Shown piece after piece: positions 51,257 through 64,000 of a stretch of 64,000 nt of DNA. Numbering within the stretch: the first letter of the stretch is position 1; each line of letters begins with the position of its first letter. The notes beneath the pieces were generated by a model. It ran no database searches. It saw only the letters and a list, made by a program, of their open reading frames with translations, and was not told the DNA's origin. The stretch comes from the human T2T-CHM13v2.0 reference genome, Homo sapiens, in assembly GCF_009914755.1 (NCBI RefSeq), contig NC_060939.1; one strand, 5' to 3'. A program made the position numbers and the translations under genes.

Positions 51257-52931
51257 TAAAAGCAGTTTTAATGGATAGTACTAATGCTTTATAAGAGCAA
51301 TTTATAGTCATATGAACCCTAATGACTACAAGTGTTAATAATGCCAATATTAATCATTAGGGAGTAAGTAAAGCAATGACAAATCCAAACATTAGGAAAG
51401 TACGAAACATTTTAAAAGTAGGGAGGTAGAAACTTGTATAGACTGCCATGAAAGAAATTATCAAAAGACACTGTTGAGTGAAAAAATAAATTGCAGAACA
51501 GTATTTGAGGTATAGCACTATAATATAAAAACATGCAAATTCATTATATGTAGTCTATGGGCACATATAATAGGTTGACTCATAAGAAATTGCTGCTTTT
51601 CATCAGTTCAGAAATAATATTGGCAATTTCATATGGATCAACCTAATATATAAATATACCAAACTGGTAACAGGGAAATAAGGAGGACTGAGGAGTTAGT
51701 AATGGTAAATTCTGATCTACCTATAACACTTTAATTCTTTTAATAGAGAAAATGCATTGATGTGTTATATGCATAGCATTAACAAAATCAGCTTTCTAAG
51801 ATTTTAGAGAATCATCCAAGATGATTCACAGAAGTAGAATCATCATCATCAGTAAGAAATTAAGTGACTACTAAAAGTAATCATTAATTCAGTCATAGGA
51901 CTAATGATGCATTGACAAGACTATTGAGATATATAATTTTGGAAATGGCTAAAATAGAGATAAAGTATCTATTTCTACCTCCCAACCACTTACAGAAAAT
52001 TCAACACATTATACACACTGAGCAGCTCAAAGAAATTGTAAAGATCCATTATTATTTTTAAAAGGAAATTTAACCAGTGAATGCTTTCACTGAAAATGAT
52101 AAACAATATATTCCCAGTATAAACCAGAAATAAAGTCTGCAGTAGAAAACTACAATGTCCCTAGATTCAAGTGGGGGTGGGGAGTCATATTTAAATAATA
52201 AGTGCAGAAAAACCAAAATATTTTAAAATAATTGTCCATGCAAGAAAGAAAACAGTATCATCTAGCTTGAAGACCCACTGTTTTTATTTTATAATTTATT
52301 TCATGACCTTTAGACTGCTAGAAAAATAAAACCTAACTTGAGGGCAAAGGTAGTCTTTGAGAAAATATGTGCTATTGTTGCCTGCATAGATAATAGTGTG
52401 ATTTATCCAGAAGGTGATAGAAATATCATTTTCCTAGACCACAGATATAAGCCAAGGAGAATAGAAAGCTCTGACCTAAACTTCACAAGTGTCCCTTCCA
52501 AGCAGGGACACGTAAGAGTAAACAAAAAAAGAAGATCAAATTAAACTCAAAGTGAGAAGATAGGAAAAAATAAAGATGAGAATATAAATCAATAAAACAG
52601 AAAGGGGAAAGAAAATAGAGAAAAGTCCATGAAAACAAAGGCTGACTCAAGAAGATCAATAAGATTGATAAATCTCTAGACAGACTGATCAGGAAAAAAA
52701 TAAGACAAGATACAAATTATTAGTATCAAGAATGAGGAAGGTGAAATCACTACAGATTCTACAGGTATTAAAATAATAAGAAACATTATGATCAACTCCA
52801 TTCCTTTAATTTGTCAAGATAGACGAAATGAACAAATTTCTTGAAAGATGCAAATTTATGAAAGGAGAGACAGATAACCTAAATAGGTACCTATTAAAGA
52901 AATAAAATTTGTTGTTAAAAACTGTCCCACA

Positions 52932-53490
<559 letters not shown>

Positions 53491-53679
53491 CACAACAAAA
53501 ACCCCCCACAAAGAAAATTTCAGGCCAAGATGGTTTCACTAATAAATTCATGTATAATATAAGAAGATACATTTCCACTACTACACAACTTTTTCAGAAA
53601 ACTGAAGAGGAGAATATACTTTCTGATTCATTCTATGAAGCTGGAGTTATGCTGATACCAAAACCAGACGAAGACATTA

Positions 53680-53983
<304 letters not shown>

Positions 53984-54897
53984 AAGTGCACAGGTCTACA
54001 ACCGTGGTGCATCCACAGTTTAATTAATACACAGCAAGAAAAGGGAGTACACTGTTAACAAATACAACAGCATAGATGAATCTCCAAATAATTGTGCTGA
54101 AATAAATCAGTGCAAAAAGCATACAGTTCTGTATGATTCCACTTATATACAACTTTAGAAAATGCAAACTAATCTTGGGGACAAGGACGGATGGCGGGGG
54201 AATGCAGAAAATTACAGAGGGACATGAAGAAACGTTGGGAGATGAATATATTCACTGTCATGATTGTGGTATCGTTTTCAAGGGTGTATATATATATATC
54301 AAAGCTGATGGAATTGTACATGTCAAGTCAAATATAGCTTATATCAACTATACCTCAATAAGCCTGGTTTTAAAATTTTTCTTTTTGAAAAAAGGATGAG
54401 AATCTAACCTTCCTTATTCCTGGTTTATTAGTAAACTTGAACAATTTCACCTGTCTCCTATACTTAAAATGACATTTCAGAATTTTAAAAACAGGATTTT
54501 AATAAAATAGCGAAGTTATTACATAAAATATTTGCTAGTAGTTAGCAAATGTATTTGTAATACACATACAAATAAAGCTTCATAACATGATAGTAAGCAA
54601 ATATCTATCAATCTTAAAATTTTTTAAATAAAAGAGCAACTATATTACATAATGACTTTTTAGAGAGGGTTGGCATAGAAAGATAAGGAGTCAAAGAGGA
54701 AGGTAAGAAAAGAGAAAGGGTGAGAAAGTAAATATACAAGAAAATGTAACCAGAGGCTCAAAAAAAAGAAAAGTAGGACAGTAAAATAAACATTTTGACC
54801 TATTTATATGACTCATATGATCAAAATAACTTGCTATGAGATTTTCATCATTAACTGACATTTAGATTAGAGAAAATATACATGAAGCAAGCCTCAC

Positions 54898-55014
54898 CCC
54901 AGGCAATACAAGAGCTCCGATTCCACTTTTCAGCTTTGACCTGCCTCGGCCACCTCGCCCCGACAGTCCTGCACCTCGAGGTCTCCACTTTCTTGGAAAT
55001 CCAGACCCATGGCC
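54898..55014 (-). pseudogene. KMT2C: KMT2C exon 16 copy (117 nt, RG-rich)
   Basis: GHGSGFPRKWRPRGAGLSGRGGRGRSKLKSGIGALVLPG; catag| ... |gtgagg. Confidence 0.93.
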
Positions 55015-55414
55015 CTATGTAACAGATTAGGAAAAGTCAACATTCTGTTACAGCCCAAAATAATTTTTAAATCCAAATGCCACTGAGATAAAACATTTTA
55101 TTAAATGTTATACAAACACTTCTTTAGATAAGTATTAAAAGACCTGGCTTATTATTTTTATCTTTAAAAGTATACTCCACAACTTAAAAATCTAAATATA
55201 AAATGCTTACAACCTTAGAATCATACTTTAGGCCTGTCACTGTGAACGCTATCAGCAAGCCTTTGCATGATTTTTCTCTTTCCCACTCCTACATTCTCGG
55301 TGATGACAACAACTGTAGCCTGATCCAGATATTTCGAAGTGCAACAAATCGTATTCAATATAGAGTAAGGATAAGGAAAAACTCTCTCATTAACTGGTCT
55401 CGCGGTGATTACAG

Positions 55415-55620
55415 TAATAGCTAACATCTATTGAGTACTTACTATGTACTAATCTAAGTATTTTTTACTCTCATCCATCCCATATAGTAGGTTTTATTAT
55501 CCTCATTTGAGATGAGTGTGCTGAGGAATAAAATGGTTAAGTAACTTGTCCAAGGTTACTTAGCTAGCAAGCCTGGCTCCAGCGTCCCTGGGTTGGAAGC
55601 ATATTCTGTACTGCTACATC
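55415..55620 (-). mobile_element. MIR
   Basis: agctaacatctattgagtacttactatgt...ggttaagtaacttgtccaaggttac. Confidence 0.7.
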
Positions 55621-55759
55621 AGCATGAAAGTTCATTTTTGCTAGTGTGTGACAGTATTCTTCCTGTCATTAAAATTAAGTCAGTTTCCTTCACTATTCAA
55701 CAGTTCTCTTATGAACTCAACATTTCTACCTCATTCACCATTGTATTTAGAGGAAAATT

Positions 55760-55935
55760 TATTATTATTGTTATTACTTTTATTTTTGAGACAAGAACTT
55801 GATCTGTCACTCAGGTTGGACTGCAGTGGTGTGATCACAGCTCACTGCAGCCTAGAACTCTTGGGCTCAAGTGATCCTCCTGCTTCTGCCTCCCAAAGTG
55901 CCAGGATTATGGGAGTAAGCCAAAGCATCCAGCCA
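55760..55935 (-). mobile_element. Alu monomer (FLAM/FRAM/AluJ piece)
   Basis: tttgagacaag...gtgatcacagctcactgcagcc...cccaaagtgcc. Confidence 0.8.
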
Positions 55936-56559
55936 GGAAAAATTATTTGAGGATTACAGGAAAGCTGACAAAAGGCTTTGTGAAAGCTTTGCTTTAAATA
56001 ATCTGAATAATAAATATTTGAAATGGAAATAATTTATCTGACTTCTTACACAAGAAATAAACCTATGGGAAAATGTGTTAAATTCCCTGATAATTTCAGA
56101 CATTAAGTACCAGAGTATGGTGTTCCCTGCCCCCTCACCCTTGTTTGTACTAATTAATTACTCCTTGAAAAAACCTGGCACCTACCTAAGTAGAAGAATT
56201 ATGTATATTTAAAATTATCCAGATGCTCAGGAAAATACTTAGATGTTTCCCTCATGATAAGTTAAATAATATGTCATATCTTCAACTGATGTCCCTTATC
56301 ATAGTTTGAAATGAACTTATTCCCTATTTAGCAGAATGGTTTCCAAGTCAAAAATTTATGGTGATACTGTAAACATAAAATAGATACACATGAACAAAAG
56401 GAACGGGAGGAATGGCTTTTCTCCCTTTGGATGTAATAAATACAGCCAGCTCCCAGTTTCAAACTGCCACTCCTGTCTTCTCTTACCCTGCTCTCCTTGA
56501 GATCCCTTTAGAGAAGTGCATCAGGTTCTTTGCACAACGGATGGATGGGGTCAGGTTAG

Positions 56560-56868
56560 TTTTTTGGGTTTTTTGTTTGTTTTTGAGACGGAGTCTTGCT
56601 TCTTTGCCCAGGCTGGAGTGTGATGGTGCGATCTTGGCTCACTGCAACCTCCGTCTCCTGGGTTCAAACAATTCTCCTGCCTCAGCTTCCCTAGCAGCTG
56701 GGATTACAGGCACATGACACCACGCGCGGCTAAATTTCTTTGTATTTTTAGTAGAGACGGGGTTTCACCATGTTGGCCAGGTTGGCCTCGAACTCCTGAC
56801 CTCAAGTGATTTGCCCCCTCAGCCTCCCAAAGTGCTGGGATTACAGGCATGAGCCACTGCACCCAGCC
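56560..56868 (-). mobile_element. Alu (AluS-like)
   Basis: Full antisense Alu. Confidence 0.92.
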
Positions 56869-57774
56869 GAGTTTGTTTTGTGTTATTAAATTGGTATAAA
56901 AGATTTTTGAAAAATTAAGTCAGTGATTAAAAATCAAGACTACAGTAGTCTCTCAATTTATTTTCTCTAACATGAAATGCTGACCCAGAAAAAAATTAAG
57001 TAAAAACTGGTGGTCTATATTATCAAACTGTCAAATGAGGCATATTTATACTTCAATATCTTGGATGATATCAGGGGGAGGTTGGGAGTTTAAAAAAATA
57101 GTTCTTCCAGTCATTAAAGAAAATAAAGTATAATCTAGAATTCCTTAAAATCCTTCATTAGTCTAAATTAAACAGCCATATTCCAGAATATTAAATATAG
57201 AATATGAAGAAAAACTGTCATCTCCAGTCAATGAAGTTTTTTAACTTTTGAGTTAATACTTTTTCAAAGTAATTTTTTTCTCTTCAAAATGCATCACACT
57301 ACTTAACTCACTTCAAGGACTGGCAGAGCCATCAACCAATGTCATAGGGGAAAAAGCCTTGTCATTTTAAGGTATTAAACAGACAATGAAATCTGCCACA
57401 ATTTTGGTATTTCTTCTCCATGAGAACATAATAAATTAATGGAGTTTTTTCTTTTGCTTTTTTCTAAGCAACAAAGTTTTATGATATCATGAATGAAAAG
57501 ATCCTTAATTACCTTTTGGTCTACATGTCAAGGACTTCTCCCTCATAAAACCAGTAGTAATCACAACAAAAGGAATTAACCATAAAAAGAGGTATTAAAA
57601 ATGTATACTTGATTTTTAAATGCAAGCATATTATTTCTTTACATTAAAATTTTTAGATTTAAAAAGCGTTTCTGGAAACTCAATCTAGAAAAGAAAGATT
57701 TAATTCTTAACATCCAGTAGGGCAAAACAAATCAGACCGAAATGATATATGAATGTAAATGTAATTTTATGTAC

Positions 57775-57893
57775 CACTTTGATGCTCCAAATTGCACTGC
57801 TAGGAAGTGCCTGGGTTTAAAAATTTCCCGACCTCCTGAAATGTCTGGGGACCAGGAGGGTGGGCTCACTGTATTATGGGTACTCCAAGCCTC
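57775..57893 (-). pseudogene. KMT2C: KMT2C exon 15 copy with a 1-nt deletion (119 nt)
   Basis: EAWSTHNTVSPPSWSPDISGGREIFKPR, then frameshift (agg ca- ctt cct), then SAIWSIKV; cttag| ... |gtacat. Confidence 0.92.
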
Positions 57894-59089
57894 CTAAGAT
57901 ATGGCAGTTGAGAAAATAGATGTGTAAAACTCAGCAACATAAAAGGTCAAAGCCAGCAACTAAGGAATTTTAGGACAGCAAAAACAAATGCAAACGTATG
58001 GAAATTTAGGACAAATTGCTTCAAGGAAGGCAAAATAAGCTAATCACTAACAGTGATTTAAACATTTAACTATAACAAATAACTTAAATGTTTGCTGCTA
58101 CAGAGACATCATTACAATGAAACATTAAAAATTAAGGTTTATATGACATCAACTTTGACTCATGAACTGCAATTACTGCACCAAAAAGTAAATAAACGTC
58201 AATCACACTTTAAGAATTAACACTAGAAGAAAGTATTGGGGGGTTATTTTTCTTCTAACAACTATCACTCTACTTAAAAGGAGAAATGGATAACCACAAG
58301 GAATTCTATATTCTATAGCTATAAACAACAAAAACCAGTAGGCCAAAGAATGCAATGAGAAACATAAGCAATCGATAAATGCATACACTTTTAACTGTAG
58401 AGAGCTGGTAACATTAAAATGCAAATACCATTATAATCTTAGCATTTAATCACTCTTTCTTCAGTGACCATTAGTTGTCGGTTTGGTTTCGGTTTTTACT
58501 TAGGGAAATGAATACTTTATGGAAATTACATCCAATGGACAAAAGTGAAGAAACGTTAAAGCAAATTGTCCTAAATTTGCAAATTAAAATGCCTAAAGTG
58601 CCTGATAAATTATGTAGAAAGTACTATCTTATTAAAATCTATATAACTAAAACTAAAGCATTTTACTTCTGAACAACCACATTCAGCAATACCCTGAACT
58701 AATCTGAAGATGCTAAACAGCATAAAGAAAAATGTTTACTCCCCAAAGATAACATTTTAAAGAAAAACAAGACAAATGTCAAACAATAAAAGAATATATT
58801 TTGAATTAGGTAATTCAATGGTGCATGCATAATTTTACCAATCAAGTAACCAAAACTTAAGGTACATAGTACTTACCAGGTTTCTAGAATATCATCAAAT
58901 TAACAAGTACTATCTCATTAATCACATAAAAATACCACCAGGAATTAAAATAACCAGAAATAAGAATGTGACTACTCTTGGGGTAAGAGATAGGTAATTG
59001 AATAACAGTATTTTGAGAAAAGCCACACAAGCAATAGACTGGTTTCATTTTTAAGTCACAAACTCAACCCGCACACATTGAAGTCCAGC

Positions 59090-60660
59090 AATCCAACTCA
59101 TTCTCTCCAGCAAACACTTTATTTTTTCCCTTCCAGGATTACCCTCAGGTGTTCTTTCTTACCCATCAAATCTCTAACCTAGCTCAGGTAATCACTAGGC
59201 TGATTTCACTGAGCAGCAACCACTGCAGGTCAATTACCTCACTTTCATAATTTCCAATCAACTTGAATCTGTACCTATGTCTTCTTCCCTACTATTAGTA
59301 GGGAACTGTTGTCAAAAGCCATTTCTCTCTTCTCATTTTACTCATGCTCCTGACATCTGCCATACTGTTCTGCTGGATTTGGCAGCAGTCCACCTGTGGA
59401 TATTTCACTGACTTCCTCGCTAATCTTTCTTCATCTCCTGTACGTGTTCTTCCTCTATTTGACTTCCAAAGCCCTGGAGTTTCCCAGGGCTTGAGCCTAG
59501 ATCCTAAATGGTATTATCTACAATGAGGACATCTTGGAAGTTGATGCTTCCCACATTCTTATTTCTGGTTTTAATCAAAGATCTCCAAATTAGAAGGATT
59601 TTCAACTTCCTTCTTAGCATTTCCATTTTCTCACACAAAACCCCTCTTAAGTTTGCCATGTTTAAAATTTCTCCCTTAACCGGTTTCATCCCAGTCTTCC
59701 CCATCCTTATAAATGGCATCCAGTCCCTTGTCACTCTCCTCTGCTTCTTCAGTCCTCTCCCCCAACACTTCGTCAATGCAAATCATCAGCAAATTCAAGA
59801 CTTTTTATCTTCAAGTTTTGTCTCCAATCCTTCTACTTCTTGTCACTTCCACCACTAGCAGCACACTCGTGGCCACCACCATCTCTCACCTAACCTGCTA
59901 CAAGAGTCTACTGCTGGTTATGCTTCTCCCACCCTGCATCTACTCAAGCCTTTCCCCACAGCAGCCAGAGGAACTTTTCAAAAGTACAAATGTGATCAAG
60001 CAAGTCACTATTCTATTTCAAACCTTCAATTGCTTCTCAGAGCACTTAAAATACAAACCTTTCCCAGTGCCTTTCTCTAACTCATCGTGTGGCACTTGTC
60101 TCCCTGCTGCTATGCTCCAGCTATTCTGGCTTCCTTGCTGTCCTTCAAACATGCCAAGCTCTGCATCAATCAGAGCCCAGCTGACTCACAACACTTCACT
60201 ATACCATTCTGGCTCTTCAATAAATGTCTGGCATTTTCTTTCTTTCTTTTTTTTTTTGAGATGGAGTCTCACTCTGTCACCCAGGCTAGAGTGTGGTGGT
60301 GTGATCTCGGCTCACTGCAACCTCTATCTCCCAGGTTCAAGCAATTCTCCTGCCTCAAGCCTCCTGAGTAGCTGGGATTACAGGCATGCACCACCAGGCC
60401 CGGCTAATTTTTGTATTTTAGGAGCAATAACATGTTGGTCAGGCTGGTCTCAAACACCTGACCTTGTGATCCACCAGGCTTGGCATCCCAAAGTGCTGGG
60501 ATTACAGATGTGATCCACCACGGCCAGCCATGTCTGGCATTTTCTAACCCTTCAGGTATGGCCTTACATATTTTCTCACCAGGAGACCTTTCCTTAGTGC
60601 TCCCAGTGAACCATCATCTCTCTTACCACACCATTAGTGCCTCTCATTGCATCACCACCT
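59090..60660 (+). mobile_element. L2 remnant interrupted by an Alu
   Basis: ccacagcagccagaggaacttttcaaaagtacaaatgtgatca and C/T-rich L2-like body. Confidence 0.7.
60240..60529 (-). mobile_element. Alu with TSD atgtctggcattttct
   Basis: 16-bp direct repeats flank an antisense Alu. Confidence 0.92.
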
Positions 60661-62536
60661 AAGACATTTTATTGTTTGTAATTTTATTTAGTGGTAGGCA
60701 GTGGGGCAAGAGATACCTAAATTACTTCTCTCAATATTTCCATTGGTTTTTCTCTGAGATTTGGCTAACATACATCTTAAATTCTTTTTAGTCAATAGTT
60801 TAATATTATGTTGGCAGTAGACAGTTCTAAAAAATATGAGACAGAAAGTCATACTCTAAGATAAAAATAATGTTGAATAATTTTATTTCAGAAATAAGAA
60901 TTTTCTGGTAATTATGTATTATTCATCATAATTTAAAAGTTAGCTTTGATGCCAAAATTTTATCTCACTTTGAAAAGACAGACTTTGTGTAATTTTATAG
61001 TTCTGAAGAAAAATTATCATTATACTTAGATATTCTGACAAATTATCTAGTATATTCCTTAGACCTTAAAACTAAAATATAGCTATAATTATCAAAGTTT
61101 AAATTATCCTTCAGATCTTAGCTTTGATCAAGAATTTACACAAACCATTCAGAAAAGGTTACCTGCCCCTGTAATGTATGGGCTCTTCTCCTACAATCCA
61201 GTTGCAGCACTTTTTACACTGTAATTAAAGATCATGCCCCTTTCTGTCCACTGCTACGTTAAGCACACTGTTCAGCACTTACTGAACTTTTTTTCTGCTG
61301 AGCATCTATTATCTTTTTTTGCATGTGTGTATGAATTCATCAATAAACAATGAGCTATGATATGAAACACACTAATGCCTCCACCAGTAATAACCTAGAA
61401 TCTTGAATTTCTTCACTTAAAAAAAAGTTACTAAAAATTACTAAAAAATCTATATAATGCCTCCTTAATCTACAAACTGAATTAAAAGCAAAATAGTTCC
61501 TAATGTAATCATTATTAAGTTGTAAATAGAATCAACTTGCTATCAAATACTACAGAAACTAAAAAAACACTACCTGGCAGGGACTGAATTTGAACCCAAG
61601 AAAAATAATTTAACCCAAAAATAGTTTAATATTAGCATTAAGTTTCTTTCTGCTTTGAGGCCAATTTCTCAGGTAAACTGTCCAAGCTAGTAAGTTATAC
61701 AAGGACTGTGGGATGGGGAAATGAGAACAATAATGACAAGTTGAGGATAGGCTATTTAGAAGCAACTTTCTATTAAAAGTCAAATTCTATTGCTGATTGT
61801 TAAATATGATCAAAGTCATTCTTACAGCCCAAGAGTACTATCAGTTTTAAAAGCAGCCATAGAAGGTTTGGTGTCTCAAAGGCAAACTTTACACCTCCAA
61901 ATCTTAAATCAACCCCGGCACCACACTTTTCCAACATACTATGTAAAACCAAGGTTGCTTATAAACAGTAAGTCTAATTTAGGAAAAGTGAAAGCAATGA
62001 AGACAGAGGGCAGAAAGGAAGATAACTGGTAAAAGAAACAAAAGAGTTTACAGTTTGTCTTTTTGGTAAATATAATCACTTGTATACACTGGAGCTACAG
62101 CAGCAAACACTTCACTCTTTAGGGAATTCTTAAAAGAAGTCTCATATATAAAATTGAGTTCAATATCAAGTAGAACAAGAAATTAGACCCAATCCTGTTT
62201 TGATAACTACAGAAACAGCTATTACCAGCTTTAGCCTTCAATAATTTCACAATACAAATTAGGTAGTGCTAGCAACAGTAATGTCTCCAAAAATACCACA
62301 ACAAGCACAAGTGAACTAAAAGCAAATTCTGGTACTTCTAATCTGCTGTGTTGTTAGCTTGGTGTTCCAAAGGGGTAGATATTTTTTAGGTTTAACACTA
62401 TGGTTCTCTGGCTACTTTTAAAACTGAAAGTACTCTTCTTATAATATAAAGTAAACTTCTAATAATTTGTCCAAGAGATATCAAAATACAGTACCTATGT
62501 TTTCATTTATGAAATTTTCTTGAAATATTTACTGCA

Positions 62537-62844
62537 GTCTGGGCGTGGTGGCTCACCCCTGTAACCCCAGCACTTAGGGAGGACAAGGCGGGTGGATCAC
62601 CTGAGGTCAGGATTTCAAGACCAGCCTAACCAATATGGCGAAACACCATCTCTACTAAAAATATAAAAAAAATTAGCCAGGTGTGTTGACGTGCGCCTGT
62701 AGTCCCCGCTACTCAGGAAGCTGAGACAGGAGAACTGCTTGAGCAAGGCAGGCAGAGGCTGCAGTGAGCGAGGTCGTGCCACAACTCCAGCCTGGGTGAC
62801 AGAGCAAGACTCAATCTCAAAGAAATAAATAAAAATAAAATAAA
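62537..62844 (+). mobile_element. Alu with TSD gaaata(t/c)tactgca-type repeats
   Basis: gaaatatttactgca before and gaaatatctactgca after. Confidence 0.92.
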
Positions 62845-63423
62845 GAAATATCTACTGCAAATAATACGTTTCATAAAATGCTTAATAAAAACTTTCAATA
62901 CCACCATGAAAGCAATTAGAACATGAGGGTGTCTGAAGTAGATCATAGTAGTGTGATTACATTCAATATCTTTCTATAAGACGTGATGATACATACAGGG
63001 TAAATCATACAAGAAGACCTAAGATTATTATCTCAGAATTTCCTAATTAGAATGGGAATACAATTGTGCAATGAGAGAAATGGACTGAAGACAGAAATAA
63101 AAACAAATGTTATGATTTAATATGACAAATTTAAAATTTCCACTTTATTTTCCACCATTTTTAAAGAGCATTCCTTATAGTATTAATTTTAATGCATTTT
63201 TAAAAATCAGTAAGACAAGTAGCACATTTCTCTAGTTCAGGACTCCACTTTCAGGGTTACAGTTAAAGATGATCCTAGAAGTGCATTTTAATTGGTCTAG
63301 GGTAAGGTCATTAGCTTGATGTTCTAAAATCTACTGAGTTGATTACAATATGTGTCAGTGTCAATAACCACTTTCTTAAACCCAGGTCGCAAAGCACATA
63401 TACCTATAGAAATGTTGAAAATG

Positions 63424-63558
63424 GGCCAGGCGCTGTGGGGCTCACACCTGTAATCCCAGCACTCTGGGAGACCCGAGATGGGAGGATCACTTGAGGCCAG
63501 GACTTTGTAACCAGCCTGGTCTACACAGCAAGACCCCCATCTCTATAAAAAAATAAAA
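63424..63558 (+). mobile_element. FLAM_C-like Alu monomer
   Basis: ggccaggcgctgtgg...gatcacttgaggccagg...catctctataaaaaa. Confidence 0.85.
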
Positions 63559-64000
63559 AATATTTTTAAATGCTGAAAAATGAAATACTAAATTATTTAT
63601 GAATATATAACTTCAATAAAAGATGAGAAAATACAACTAGGTCATTAGGACAATTTGTATGAAACAATATCCAATTTGCTGTCTGTTACTTCTACCTTAT
63701 CATGTCTAATTTTTCCTCATCTTTGTGAAATCCTGCATCTACAATAGGCAAAAAAACAAAAAACAAAAGGAATCTTATTCTATTCACAGCCATCAGAAAA
63801 ATGTGTTACTATTCCTGTAGTCAGTTAGGTTCTAAATCATACATTTGAGATATATCTCAAACATGTCATAAAGAAAATAAGCATCATATTTCTAACTAAA
63901 TAGCACCTGAAATATTCCATATGAAAGGAAAAATACAAAAAACTAAACTTTTAATTACTAACCTCCTTAAAGGAAAATAATTCTATATGATTTGATATTT

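Noticed and set aside
59713-60513. 266-aa ORF, the longest in the track
   Set aside because: Runs through a C/T-rich L2 remnant into an antisense Alu ([14 protein letters not shown]); no gene structure

Overview
Primate (human-like) genomic DNA, AT-rich and full of Alu/L1 repeats, that looks like a segmental-duplication mosaic. No intact protein-coding gene is supported, and nearly all long ORFs in the track are Alu, L1 or L2 artefacts. (1) Plus strand, 512-47026: the middle and 3' part of an unprocessed ANKRD36-family (ANKRD26-derived) pseudogene. It has tandem 29+73-nt exon pairs (34-aa repeat [34 protein letters not shown]) in ~1.9-kb and ~3.3-kb genomic units, a duplicated 31/67/61-nt exon cassette, and the C-terminal coiled-coil exons. 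At least 8 stops or frameshifts are present. A young L1PA2-like element with a 3' transduction sits inside one repeat exon, sense and in frame with L1 ORF2. (2) Minus strand, 48985-57893: a partial duplicate of KMT2C/MLL3 (four exons, recalled as exons 15-18, including part of a PHD finger), arranged tail-to-tail about 2 kb from the ANKRD36-like 3' end, with one frameshift and several missense paralog variants. Several rearrangement junctions can be read from the sequence. I found no evidence of a wholly new biological system. The best candidates for follow-up are the in-frame ANKRD36-L1 ORF2 fusion exon and the convergent KMT2C/ANKRD36 mosaic. Family assignments and KMT2C residue numbers come from recall of the human proteins and need confirming by alignment.
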